Source: an uncultured Chloroflexia bacterium
Lineage (GTDB): Bacteria > Chloroflexota > Limnocylindria > Limnocylindrales > CSP1-4
Reading direction: 5' to 3'
Length of the DNA stretch: 64,000 bases
NCBI GenBank assembly: GCA_963763775.1
Contig: CAVXPZ010000004.1
Location: 480,001 to 544,000 of the forward strand
Within the stretch, counting starts at the first letter, position 1, and every line of letters begins with the position of its first letter. Below, one piece after another: positions 54,176-64,000 of the stretch. Under the pieces are notes generated by a model that worked only from the letters and a program-made list of their open reading frames with translations, was not told where the DNA came from and ran no database searches. The translations under genes were made by a program, and so were the position numbers.

Positions 54176-54195
54176 ATAGTAGAACATCTGTTCTA
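54176..54195 (-). promoter_or_regulatory. LexA (SOS) box and -10 element of imuA
   Basis: TAGAAC-ATCT-GTTCTA (core 54182-54193); TACTAT on the minus strand at 54181-54176. Confidence 0.88.
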
Positions 54196-54223
54196 CTCGG
54201 ACAAGACCCGAAACGTGGCCGGG

Positions 54224-55823
54224 CTACTCCACCGTCGAGCCGGTGAACGTGATCGAGCCGACCCAGGAAGAAGATGCCCGGGTAGGTCTTGAAGCCGTCG
54301 CCGGTGTTGTCCCGCAGGACCGAGCCGACGATCTCCACCGAACCCGACCGGTCGTTGCTCACGAAGAAGATCGCGCTCCCGCCCTCGTGGTTCGAGGTGT
54401 TGCCCTCGATGCGGGTCCCCTCCACGTGCAGGAGCATCTCGTTGCCGTCGTTGTAGATGGCGCCGCCGTTGCCGCCGCCGGGCGTGCCGGCCTTCGCCGG
54501 GTTCGCGCCCGAGCCGATCGCCTTGTTGCCCGTGAACAGGCTGTCGAGGATCGACCACGACACGCCGATGCTCGAGATGGCGCCGCCGTTCGAGCACTCG
54601 TTGCGCCGGTCCCCGGACCCGCCGAACGTGCTGCGCACCACGTAGACCGGGAGGCCGTGGTACTGCGAGAAGACCTGGATCGCGGCGCCGCCGACGTCCG
54701 GCCCGGTCGGGGCGCAGCGGTTGCCGTAGAACTGGCTGTCGATCACGCGGAGCCGCCCGCCGCGGACGAAGATCGCGCCGCCGCCGTCCATCGTGTCGGA
54801 GCCGGACGACTTGCCGTTGCGCGAAGACGAGGCGCTGGACGGTCAGCACGGGATGGTCCTGGTCCTGGCAATGACTCGTCGTCCAGTGCTGGGCCTGGTC
54901 GCACGTGTTCTGGTACAGGATCCGGCGGGCGCCCTGCCCGTCGAGCGTGACGAGGCCGCCGCCGTCGAGCACGACGTCGGGCTGGTCGTTGAAGACCTTG
55001 GCGGTCACGGTCATCGGGATCGTCGACCGGGTCCGGGCCGCAGTCGAACGTGATGACCCCGCCCTTCGCGACCGCGGCGGCGACCGCCGCGCCGGTGCAG
55101 CTGGCCGGGGTGCCCGTCCCGACCACGTGGTCGGGACTCGTCGTGTCCACCAGCTGCGCTTCGGCCGGGATCGTCGCGCCGCCGCCGGGGTTGCCCGGCG
55201 TCGGGGGTGGCGGCGTGACGGTGGTGCCGCGCCATGACCCTGGCGAGGAACGCGGCGGTCTCGGCCCGGGTGATCTTGCGGTCCGGGCAGAAGCTTGGCG
55301 GCGCCGCAGGTGACCGCCAGCCCGGCCGTCGCGAGTCGGTCGATGGCCGACGCGAACGATGGTGCTCTTCGGGACGTCCTTGAAGTGCGGGCCGCCGGTC
55401 GCCGTCAGGTGCAGCGCCTTGACGAGGTAGGAGGCCATGCTCGCTCGCGTGACCTTCGTGCCCGGGCAGAAGCGCGTGGTCGAGCAGCCCTTCATGATCC
55501 CGGCCGCCACGACCATCTGCACGGCCTTCTTCTGCGAGCTCGAAACGTCGTGGAAGTGGGTCGTGACCGTCACCTTGAGGCGCAGCGCGCGGGCCAGGTA
55601 CACCGCCATGCTGCCCTTCGTGACGACCGTCTTGGGACAGAAGTGGTGGGTCGTGCAGCCGGGCATGACGCCGGCCGCGGCGACGGCCTCGATCGCCTTC
55701 TCGTAGGTCGACCCGTTGTCGTCGGTGAAGCGGCCGGCGGCCGCGACCGTCCCCGGCGCGACGATCGCGAGCACCGACGAACACGAGGACGAGGGCGGAT
55801 CCGATCCGGCGCGGACGTGGCAT
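54224..55823 (-). CDS. S-layer homology (SLH) domain protein with a C-terminal beta-helix (pectin-lyase-like) domain; multiple frameshifts
   Basis: Three SLH-like repeats (F.D....AI...AAG...GC...FCP...TR..MA..L), Pro-rich linker, repeated GGAI/GGAA motifs. Confidence 0.75.
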
Positions 55824-55995
55824 CCGCCAACGCTACCCAAGGCCCGGCTGTCGGCGGCAAGCACCATCGGTACCGGTGCGCACCGGCCATTCGAGCCCCG
55901 GCCGCTCCGCCGAGCACGCAGCCGGTGCGGGCGCGGGGCGGGCGTATGATCGCCCGAGCCAAAGCCGCGTCGCGACTCGAAGGACGCTCGTGACC

Positions 55996-56361
55996 ATGAA
56001 CCAGGATCCACCGCCCGAGCGCGGCATCTGGGAGGGCCTGCCGACACCGCAGCGGTCCTCCACGGTCCCGCGATGGGCCGTCCCGGCCCTCGTCATCGGC
56101 GTCGCGTGTTCTCTTGCCGTCGCGTGGATCTCCGCCGACTACTTCGCGGGTCTGACTCGCGGCGATCCTCCGTCGCTCGCGATGGCCTACATGCTGGAAG
56201 AGCTCCCGTTCCTGCTCCTCGGCGTGCCACTGATGTTGGCCGGTGCGATGGGCGTCGCGAGACCTTGGACGGCCCGACGGACGTGGTTGCAGTTCCCCAT
56301 CATCATGGCCGTGATCGGCTGGATGCTCATCGTGATCCAGGGGCCGGATCTACTCGTCTAG
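55996..56361 (+). CDS. Small membrane protein
   Basis: Three hydrophobic helices; AAGGA upstream. Confidence 0.6.
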   Translation: MNQDPPPERGIWEGLPTPQRSSTVPRWAVPALVIGVACSLAVAWISADYFAGLTRGDPPSLAMAYMLEELPFLLLGVPLMLAGAMGVARPWTARRTWLQFPIIMAVIGWMLIVIQGPDLLV

Positions 56362-56421
56362 GGCGACGTCACTCGATCGACACGTTCGGGGCCGTAGCGT
56401 CGCTCCCCTACCATGCTGCCG

Positions 56422-57166
56422 ATGCCGAGCCCGTCCGACCCGCCGCTCCCCGAGCGCCCGATCCTCGTCGTCGACGACGACGCGAAGATCGTCCGCCTGG
56501 TCCGCACCTACCTCGAACGAGAGGGGTTCTCGGTCGTGACCGCGGCGGACGGCCCGGGGGCGCTCGACCAGATCGAGACCCAACGGCCGGCCCTCGTCGT
56601 GCTCGACCTGATGCTCCCCGAACTGGACGGGCGAGCCGTCATCCGGGCCGTCCGCCGCGACGAGGAGGCGTCCCACACGCCGATCATCGTGCTCTCGGCG
56701 CGCGGCTCGACGATCGACCGCATCGCCGGGCTCGAGGACGGGGCCGACGACTATCTGCCGAAACCGTTCTCCCCGGCCGAGCTCGTGCTCCGCGTGAAGT
56801 CCATCCTCCGGCGCGCCGCACTGCCGGTGACCGCGGGCCAGACGCGACCGCTGATCGTCCATGGCGATCTGACCCTCGACCGCGACCGGCACGAGGTCGC
56901 CCGCGATGGTCGCCCGATCGCCCTGACGCACGTGGAGTTCCGGCTGCTCGAGGCGATCCTCGTGGCGGACGGGCGGGTGCTGAGCCGGGACCAGCTGCTT
57001 GATGCGGTCTACGGCGCCGACCAGGACGAGATCATGGACCGGACCATCGACGTCCACATCCGGCGTCTCCGCGACAAGCTCGACGACGATCCCGAGGCGC
57101 CGCGGTACGTCGCCACCGTCCGGGGCGTCGGATACCGGGCGGCCCGCGTCGAGCCGGCCTGCCTGA
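56422..57166 (+). CDS. OmpR-family response regulator
   Basis: ILVVDDD, LDLMLP, GADDYLPKPFS, RTIDVHIRRLRDKL, TVRGVGY. Confidence 0.93.
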
Positions 57167-58228
57167 TGGGTCGCGGCATCGCCGTCCGCATCGCGCTCGC
57201 GGCGCTCGCCTCGGCGGCCGTGGGCCTGGTCATCCTCGCGGTCGGCGTCGCGGTCGTCGGGGCCGACGTCTTCACGGCCCTCATGGTCAAGGCGGGCGAC
57301 GACGCCACGCACGCCCGGGCGATGTACGACGAGTCGGTCACGGTCGTCCTCATCGCCGCCGTCGCGCTCGCGGCGCTCGCGAGCATCGTGCTTGCCGTCG
57401 TCCTGGCCCGGATGCTGGCGCGGCCGCTCGCCGACGTCGGGGTCGCGGCGCGACGCGTGGCCGAAGGCGACTACGCGGCGCGCGTCCCGCGCGACGGGCC
57501 CGAGGAGATCGCGTCGCTCGCCGACTCGTTCAACCAGATGGCGGCGAGCCTCCAACGCCAGGAGACCATGCGGCGCGACTTCATCGCGAACGCCGCGCAC
57601 GAGCTCCGGACGCCGCTCACGAACCTCCAGGGCTACCTGGAGGCGCTCCGCGACGGCGTGATCGTCGCGGACCGGGCGACGTACGAGTCGCTCTGGGACG
57701 AGGCCGAGCGCCTCGTGCGGCTGTCACGGTCGCTCGATGCGCTGGCCGAAGGCGATGCCGCCGACGGCCCTCCGGAACTCGTCGACCTCGACCTCGCGGC
57801 GGCGATCCGCGCCGCGCTCGACCTCGCCCTGCCGAGCCTCGAGCGTGCCGGGCTGACGGTCGTCACGGAGATCCCCGAGCATCTCGCCCGCCCGCGCCAA
57901 CCCGGACCAGGTCGCCCAGGTCCTCGCCAACCTCTTCTCGAATGCGGCGCGCTACACGCCGACCGGCGGCTCGGTCACGGTGCGGGCCGAGCGCCGCCCC
58001 GCGGACCTTCTGGTCTCGGTCGTGAACACCGGGGAGGGCATCCCGCCGGAGGACATCGACCGCGTCTTCGAACGCTTCTATCGCGTCGAGAAATCACGCG
58101 ACCGCGAACGTGGCGGCGCCGGCATCGGTCTCGCGGTCGTCAAGCAGCTCGTCGAGGCGGCCGGCGGTCGCGTCGGCGCCGAGTCGGGCGAGGGCCGGAC
58201 ACGCTTCTGGTTCAGCCTCCCGACGTGA
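57166..58228 (+). CDS. HAMP-domain sensor histidine kinase (BaeS-like); frameshift near 57890
   Basis: FNQMA, AHELRTPL; QVLANLFSNAARY, VFERFYR and GAGIGL in a second frame. Confidence 0.9.
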
Positions 58229-58240
58229 CGTCGGTCCCCG

Positions 58241-59134
58241 TCAGGAGGGGAGGCCGATGAAGATCATCCCGAGGCAGATCCCGGCCAGACCGAACCACTG
58301 GACCCGTTTGAGGCGCTCGCCGAGGAACGCGACCGCGACGACGATCGTCACCGCCGGCCCGAAGGACGCGGCGAGTCCGACCATCCACGTCGGGGCGGAC
58401 TCCAGGCCGATCGCGAAGGAGATGAGACCGACGACGTCCAGGACACCGGCGAGCACGATGGTGCCGCCGATACGCCCGGATGACCACCCCGGCCCGCCCG
58501 ACGGCGGCAGCCCACGCCGGCTCATCGTGAGGGCCAGATAGGCCACCGCGGCGATCGAGATCGCGGCATTCACGCTGCGCGCCACTGTATAGACCTGGAT
58601 CCACGACATGGTCTCGAGGGCGATGTCCGTCGCCATCGTCATGAGCGCGAACAGGATCAGGGCGGCGATCGAGAAGATGACCCCGGGACCGGCGAACCGG
58701 GTCGAGCGCCAGCCGCCCTCGAAGGCGACGCCGGTCAGGACCACGCCGACCGTCGCGACCGTGGCACCGAGCGCCTGGAGCGGCGTGAGGGTCTCGCCCC
58801 GGAAGACCACCGAGAGCACGACGGTCAGGCCGCCGAACGCGGCCACGACCCCGCTCACGACCGCGATCGGGCCGATCTGGAGACCGGTGAAGTAGGCGAG
58901 GTAAGCCCCTGCCCCGATGAGGCCGAGCAGGGCGGCCATCGCGAGCTGGCCCGGGTCGGTCGGCAGCGCCGCGCCGGTCACGAGGAACAAGCCGATGAAG
59001 AGCACGGCCGTGACGAGCTGCATCCCGGCGGTCACCCGGAGGCTGCCGATCACCCGGCTCGTGAGCGCCGTGACGATGTCGAGGGTGCCCCAAGCGAGGG
59101 CGGCGCCAAGGCCGGTGAGGAGTCCGAAGGGCAT
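58241..59134 (-). CDS. EamA/DMT family transporter
   Basis: Two EamA repeats, GPIAVVS, FLGERL..VQWFG. Confidence 0.88.
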   Translation of the reverse strand: MPFGLLTGLGAALAWGTLDIVTALTSRVIGSLRVTAGMQLVTAVLFIGLFLVTGAALPTDPGQLAMAALLGLIGAGAYLAYFTGLQIGPIAVVSGVVAAFGGLTVVLSVVFRGETLTPLQALGATVATVGVVLTGVAFEGGWRSTRFAGPGVIFSIAALILFALMTMATDIALETMSWIQVYTVARSVNAAISIAAVAYLALTMSRRGLPPSGGPGWSSGRIGGTIVLAGVLDVVGLISFAIGLESAPTWMVGLAASFGPAVTIVVAVAFLGERLKRVQWFGLAGICLGMIFIGLPS

Positions 59135-59287
59135 CGGCGCAGCCTAGCGGCCCACCCGTCGATGCGCGCCGGCATCCTGCCCGACGGGACTGGCGAGCCG
59201 CGTCGGCGGCTCTCGGCGGGGTCGGGTCCTGAAGGTCGAAGTGCTACACTCTGCCACCGGTCAGGCGCCTCGCGCCGACCTTCCCGT

Positions 59288-59363
59288 GGGGATGTAGCTC
59301 AGCTGGAAGAGCACCGCGTTCGCATCGCGGGGGTCAGGGGTTCGAGTCCCCTCATCTCCACCA
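59288..59363 (+). tRNA. tRNA-Ala(CGC)
   Basis: GGGGATG acceptor stem with G3-U70, anticodon loop TTCGCAT, GTTCGA T-loop, encoded CCA; TGnTACACT upstream. Confidence 0.96.
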
Positions 59364-59478
59364 TCCCCACTCGGCCACACCGCTGGCCTGCGTGTCCTCC
59401 TCGTCCGATCATCGAGACGTGATCGTCGATGCAGACCGGATTTGGTCGCAGCTAAGCGACCGTCGGCACGATGCGGGC

Positions 59479-60216
59479 ATGAAGAGCTCGAAGGATCATC
59501 ACGCCATCACATCGGCCAAGGCGGAACGCCGGGCTCGACGCGCCGCGCGTGAGCACGACGGCCATCGGCGATCGTGGCAGGCATACCCGCTCGGTGGCCC
59601 GGTCGACCCGCTGGTGGTCCGGCGGACCATCGACGCGTTCAGCGCGATCGACCTCGCTGCGCCGTGGTCCGACCTGTCGCCGATGGTGCTGCCGCTGCTC
59701 AAGCGCGTTCGACACCCGTTCCCCGCGACGATGGCGCCGATCCACCTCCGGGTGCCGCCGGGGGTGTGGGCGGGGTTCGGCATCGATGTCGGGCCCGCCT
59801 GGGCACATGTCTCACGGGAGCTCATCGACGGATGGGGCGTGGACCAGGCCACCTTGCTTGGCACGGCCCTGGCCAACCTGCGGCGACGGGCGATGGAGGA
59901 GCCCCCACAGGTCGAGCGGGCGACGTTCGGCGACGTTCGCGCGACCGTGATCCAGGCGCAAGGGTGGGGATCCGCGTTGATCCTCGCGCCAGACAGGCTC
60001 GCCGAGATCCTTGGCGCGCGCCCGAGGATCCTCCTGACTCCGGTGCGCAACGCCCTGATCGCCCTGCCGGAGGAGGTCGATGTCGACCTGGCCGTCGCGA
60101 TCTGGGAGGCGTTCGCCGACGAGAGCGGCGACGAGCTGGATGTCGACCCCCTCCGCTGGACGGGTTCGAGCGTCGTGCAATTCGACGAGGGCCGGGTGCC
60201 GTCGCCGGTGCACTAG
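59479..60216 (+). CDS. Hypothetical protein (weak resemblance to DUF1444)
   Basis: Clean ORF; WGV....L...ALANL and SALIL...L...P.RN.L segments. Confidence 0.55.
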   Translation: MKSSKDHHAITSAKAERRARRAAREHDGHRRSWQAYPLGGPVDPLVVRRTIDAFSAIDLAAPWSDLSPMVLPLLKRVRHPFPATMAPIHLRVPPGVWAGFGIDVGPAWAHVSRELIDGWGVDQATLLGTALANLRRRAMEEPPQVERATFGDVRATVIQAQGWGSALILAPDRLAEILGARPRILLTPVRNALIALPEEVDVDLAVAIWEAFADESGDELDVDPLRWTGSSVVQFDEGRVPSPVH

Positions 60217-60995
60217 TCCTCGAGGGCGCCGTGCAACTCGAACGAGTGGTCGTGGAGCCAGCGACGCCAGACCGCGTGGTCGGGCCGATGCTCCGCGACG
60301 ATGTCCCAGAACCGCGGGCCGTGTCCGAAGATCCGAAGGTGGGCGAGCTCGTGGATCACGACCGTCTCGAGCGCCTCGGGCGGCGCGAGGATGAGCCGCC
60401 ACGAGAACGAAAGCCGGCCCTTCGGCGACGCGCTTCCCCACCGCGACCGCTGGTCGCGGACGGAGATCGACGTCGGGCTCACGCCCAGGGCCGGGGCATG
60501 CCGGGCGATGTCGCGCTCGATCGCCGCGGTCGCCTTCGGCCGCAGCCAGGCCTCGAGGACCTGCCCGGTGGACCGTCGGTCCCGAGCCGCGTGCTGGACG
60601 ATGAGCTCGTCCTCGGTGACGCCAAGGACACGCTCGACAGAAGATCGACGCGCCGTCGGCGGCGCGGCCGCGAGATGCAGCCGGTGGAGGTCGCCGCGGA
60701 ACCGGATCGTGGCGCCATCGCGCAGTCCGCCCTGGGCCGCGAGGTCGGCGCGGGCACGCGCCTGCTGGGCGAGATGCCGCCGGAGCCACGGCTCCCGGTC
60801 CATCAGGAAGGCGCGGACGTGCCCCTCGGGGTCCGACCAGCCGCGCCGACCCGTCATCGGGATCGTGACGACCACACCGCGATCCGGGTGGATCACGACG
60901 CGGAGGGTCCGCGCCCGCGAGGAGCGGCGGAGCGTGTACGCCAGCGGGCCGTCGCGCAGCTGGACGACCGCCGGGGTCTCGATCGTGCCCGTCAC
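60213..60995 (-). CDS. M48/YgjP-family zinc metallopeptidase-like protein
   Basis: RRSSRARTLR, RDQRSRWGS, SWRL, VVIHELAH, HGPRFW. Confidence 0.9.
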   Translation of the reverse strand: MTGTIETPAVVQLRDGPLAYTLRRSSRARTLRVVIHPDRGVVVTIPMTGRRGWSDPEGHVRAFLMDREPWLRRHLAQQARARADLAAQGGLRDGATIRFRGDLHRLHLAAAPPTARRSSVERVLGVTEDELIVQHAARDRRSTGQVLEAWLRPKATAAIERDIARHAPALGVSPTSISVRDQRSRWGSASPKGRLSFSWRLILAPPEALETVVIHELAHLRIFGHGPRFWDIVAEHRPDHAVWRRWLHDHSFELHGALED

Positions 60996-62611
60996 GCGTC
61001 GCGGCGCAGCAGTCGCCCGGGTCGCTCGCCGGTCTCGACGCCGCCGAGGACGGCGGCGTGGCCATTGACGATGACGTGGTCGATGCCGAGTGGGTGGCGC
61101 GCAGGCGACAGGTACGTCGCGACGTCGGCCACCGTCATCGGATCGAAGACGACCAGATCCGCCACGGCGCCGTCACGGATGACCCCGCGGTCGCGAAGGC
61201 CGAGCCGGGCCGCCGGCACGGACGTCATCTTGGCGACCGCCGTCTCGAGCGACAGCACGCCTCGATCGCGGACGTACGAGCCGAGGACTCGGGCGGTGCT
61301 CCCGTAGGTGCGCGGATGCGGGCGCCCGGCGTCCAGGACGGCGTGCCCCGGCCGGCGGCCCTCCGCGTCGGTGCAGACCGCGATCCAGGGGACGGCCATG
61401 ATGGCCTCGACGTCCGGCTCGTCCATGCAATCGATGACCACCGAGACGTCGAGCCGGTCGTCGATCAGGGCGTCCAGTGCGAGGTCCACGGGGTCCGCGT
61501 CGAGGTCACGGCCGAGGTCGCCGAGCGATCGCCCCGCCCAGTCCGCATGACTGCCCGCATGGGCGATCCGGATCCCGTCCCAGCCCGGGTCGGAGGCGAC
61601 GTTCTCCCAGCCCGAGCTCCCGCGCTCCATCTCGAGGCGGACGCGGAACCGGACCTCGTGATCGCCGAGGGCCGCGACGCACTCCTCCACGCCAAGACCG
61701 AGGAGGGCCGGCGGGAGGATCGTCGCGAGCGTCGTGTTCGCCGCGGTGTACGGGTATTGATCCGCGGCGACGTCGAGACCGTCCGCTCGGGCCCGCCCCA
61801 GGACGTCGACCGCCTCGGCCGCTCGCCCCCAGACGGCGGTCGAGCCGCACTTGAGGTGCGAGACCTGGAGCCGCGCGCCGTCGCCGGCGGCCCGGGCCGT
61901 GGTCAGGGCCTCGTCGAGCGCCTCGAAGAGGCCGGCCGCCTCGTTGCGCATGTGCGTCGCGTAGAGGCCGCCATGACGGGTCGCGGCGGCCGCGAGCGTG
62001 GCCACCTCGTCGGGTCCGGCATGCATCCCCGGGGCGTAGATCAGCCCGCTCGAGAGCCCGATCGCCCCGGCGTCCATCGCCGCATCGACCTCGCGGACCA
62101 TCGCCGCGAGCTCGGCCGGGCTCGGCGGTCTCGCCTCCGCGCCGAGGATGGCGCCGCGAACGGTCCCGTGCCCCACGAGGAACGCCACGTTCGGTCCGAG
62201 CGCCTCGCGCTCGACCTCGTCGAGGTACTCCGCGAACGACGTCCAGCGCGCCGTCAGGCCGTTCGGGCGCAGGGACAGCGAGACGAGGTCCCGGCCGACC
62301 GCGGTGATCGGCGCGAGCGTGTCACCGCAATTCCCGGAGAGCTGGGTCGTGAACCCCTGGCGCAGGTGGCTCGCGAGGGCGCCGTCGAGGAACAGCGAGC
62401 CGTCGGAGTGGCCGTGCGGGTCGATGAACCCGGGCGAGACGACCCGGTCCGTGGCGTCGATGACGAGCCCGACCTCGTCAGCGCTCACCACCCCGAGATC
62501 GCCGACGGCAAGGATCCGATCCCCGAGCACCCCGACATCGGCACGCCGAGCGGGGGCCCCCGTGCCATCGATGACGGTCCCGCCCCGAAGGAGCAGGTCG
62601 AAGCCGGTCAC
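60992..62611 (-). CDS. N-acyl-D-amino-acid deacylase (D-aminoacylase)
   Basis: GGTVIDGTG, PGFIDPHGHSD, GNCG, HMRNE, SHLK, DQYPY, HPRTYG, ADLVVFD. Confidence 0.92.
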   Translation of the reverse strand: MTGFDLLLRGGTVIDGTGAPARRADVGVLGDRILAVGDLGVVSADEVGLVIDATDRVVSPGFIDPHGHSDGSLFLDGALASHLRQGFTTQLSGNCGDTLAPITAVGRDLVSLSLRPNGLTARWTSFAEYLDEVEREALGPNVAFLVGHGTVRGAILGAEARPPSPAELAAMVREVDAAMDAGAIGLSSGLIYAPGMHAGPDEVATLAAAATRHGGLYATHMRNEAAGLFEALDEALTTARAAGDGARLQVSHLKCGSTAVWGRAAEAVDVLGRARADGLDVAADQYPYTAANTTLATILPPALLGLGVEECVAALGDHEVRFRVRLEMERGSSGWENVASDPGWDGIRIAHAGSHADWAGRSLGDLGRDLDADPVDLALDALIDDRLDVSVVIDCMDEPDVEAIMAVPWIAVCTDAEGRRPGHAVLDAGRPHPRTYGSTARVLGSYVRDRGVLSLETAVAKMTSVPAARLGLRDRGVIRDGAVADLVVFDPMTVADVATYLSPARHPLGIDHVIVNGHAAVLGGVETGERPGRLLRRDA

Positions 62612-62685
62612 CCGCAGATGATGCCACCTCGCACCGGCCGACACGGCGGGTCGCCTCATCGCCTCTGGTAAACTCCGCGTTCCGT

Positions 62686-62761
62686 GGGGCCATAGCTCAG
62701 CTGGAAGAGCGTCTGCATGGCATGCAGAAGGTCCGGGGTTCGAGTCCCCGTGGCTCCACCA
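62686..62761 (+). tRNA. tRNA-Ala(GGC)
   Basis: GGGGCCA acceptor stem, anticodon loop ATGGCAT, GTTCGA T-loop, encoded CCA. Confidence 0.96.
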
Positions 62762-62777
62762 TGAGTGACCGCCGACC

Positions 62778-62806
62778 GTCACCCCTCGCCAGCGGCGGGG
62801 GGTGAT
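62778..62806 (+). terminator. GC-rich hairpin between tRNA-Ala and leuS
   Basis: GTCACCCCTCGCC-agc-GGCGGGGGGTGAT; no U-tract. Confidence 0.45.
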
Positions 62807-62828
62807 GCGCATCCGAGGCAGCAGGATC

Positions 62829-64000
62829 GTGACCGACTCGCCGGACCGGACGCACATCGAGCGCTACCAGCCAGCGACCATCGAGCCGCACTGGCAGTCG
62901 CGCTGGGCGGAGCTCGGCCTGTACGACACCGACCTCCACGACGAGACCCGGCCAAAGTACGACCTGACCACGATGTACCCGTATCCGTCGGGCGACCTGC
63001 ACATCGGCCACTGGTACATCGTCACGCCATCGGACGCGCTCGCCCGCTATCGCCGGATGCACGGCTACAACGTCTTCTTTCCGATCGGCTTCGACGCCTT
63101 CGGCCTCCCGGCCGAGAACGCCGCGATCAAGAGCGGCGGGCACCCGTTCACGTGGACGATGCAGAACATCGACACGATGCGGCGACAGTTCCGCTCGATG
63201 GGCGCGATGTTCGCGTGGAAGAACGAGGTCGTCACCGCCGATCCCGCCTACTACGTCTGGAACCAGTGGCTGTTCCTGCGCTTCCTGGAGGCAGGCCTCG
63301 CCTATCGCGCGATGTCGCCCGTGGACTGGTGTCCCAACGATGGCACGCTCGCCCGTGAGCAGGTCGAAGGCACCGAACGGCGCTGCTGGCGCTGCGGCGC
63401 GCTCGTCGAGAAGCGCGACCTGGAGCAGTGGTTCCTCAAGACGACCGCGTACGCGGACGAGATGCTGCGCTTCGACGACATCGATTGGCCCGACCCCATC
63501 CGCCTCCAGCAGACGAACTGGATCGGCCGGTCCGAGGGCGCCGAGATCGACTTCCTGACGGCGGCCGACGAGCACCATCCGGGCGACGAGGTCCTGCGCG
63601 TCTTCACCACCCGCCCCGATACGCTGTTCGGCGCCACCTTCATGGTCCTCGCGCCCGAGCATCCGCTGGTCGACTCGTTGACCCATCCCGATCGCTGGGA
63701 AGAGGTCAGCGCGTACATCGGCCAGGCGCGTCGACGGACGGAGATCGACCGGCTGTCGACCGACCGCGAGAAGACGGGCGTCGCCCTGGGTGCCGATGCC
63801 GTCAACCCGGTGAACGGCGAGCGCATCCCGATCTTCATCGCCGACTACGTGCTGTCCGGCTACGGGACGGGCGCCATCATGGCCGTCCCCGCCCACGACG
63901 AGCGTGACTTCGCGTTCGCCCAGAGGTTCGGGTTGCCGATCCGACGGGTCGTCGCCGGCTCGGGCGTCGAGGCGGACGATCCGCTGGGGTCCGCCTTCAT
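62829..64000 (+). CDS. leuS: Leucine--tRNA ligase (runs off the window end)
   Basis: Manual translation: IEPHWQSRW...MYPYPSGDLHIGHW, GFDAFGLPAENAAIK, QTNWIGRSEG, FTTRPDTLFG, GTGAIMAVPAHDERD. Confidence 0.97.
   Translation, partial: MTDSPDRTHIERYQPATIEPHWQSRWAELGLYDTDLHDETRPKYDLTTMYPYPSGDLHIGHWYIVTPSDALARYRRMHGYNVFFPIGFDAFGLPAENAAIKSGGHPFTWTMQNIDTMRRQFRSMGAMFAWKNEVVTADPAYYVWNQWLFLRFLEAGLAYRAMSPVDWCPNDGTLAREQVEGTERRCWRCGALVEKRDLEQWFLKTTAYADEMLRFDDIDWPDPIRLQQTNWIGRSEGAEIDFLTAADEHHPGDEVLRVFTTRPDTLFGATFMVLAPEHPLVDSLTHPDRWEEVSAYIGQARRRTEIDRLSTDREKTGVALGADAVNPVNGERIPIFIADYVLSGYGTGAIMAVPAHDERDFAFAQRFGLPIRRVVAGSGVEADDPLGSAF

Noticed and set aside
56413-58260. Apparent response regulator-histidine kinase fusion (615-aa ORF)
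   Set aside because: A TGATG stop/start overlap sits exactly at the junction (about 57164-57168) and the kinase has another frameshift; best explained as two coupled genes joined by an indel
59288-62761. Prophage or integrative element at tRNA-Ala
   Set aside because: No integrase, phage genes or duplicated tRNA 3' fragment found
62762-62828. T-box riboswitch upstream of leuS
   Set aside because: Only about 67 nt available and no GGTGGNACC T-box sequence; just a simple hairpin

Overview
A very GC-rich bacterial chromosome segment, probably Chloroflexota (inferred from HrcA/CIRCE, GAAC-N4-GTTC LexA boxes, SLH proteins and no outer-membrane genes in view; not confirmed). The backbone is the conserved rpsT/lepA-hemW-hrcA-grpE-dnaK...dnaJ-prmA...hit...rpsU-yqeY-pgpH-ybeY super-cluster, plus pth, gap-pgk-eno, a split imuA-imuB/dnaE2 SOS mutagenesis cassette, two tRNA-Ala genes and the start of leuS. 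Accessory blocks are inserted into this backbone. The two most interesting are: (1) a translationally coupled four-gene operon (4901-8182) with an atypical Lgt paralog, two Cys-containing membrane proteins and a radical SAM enzyme carrying the motif layout of archaeal tetraether lipid synthase (Tes/GDGT-MAS), divergent from an acyl-CoA ligase; (2) an in-frame fusion of an LLM-class oxidoreductase with a MenA-like prenyltransferase, coupled to a CAAX-protease-family gene and divergent from an ABC exporter. Many single-base frameshifts, including in housekeeping genes (dnaJ, gap, hemW), point to uncorrected assembly indels, so apparent pseudogenes and some fusions are unreliable. All family assignments come from recognising motifs by eye; no database searches were run.
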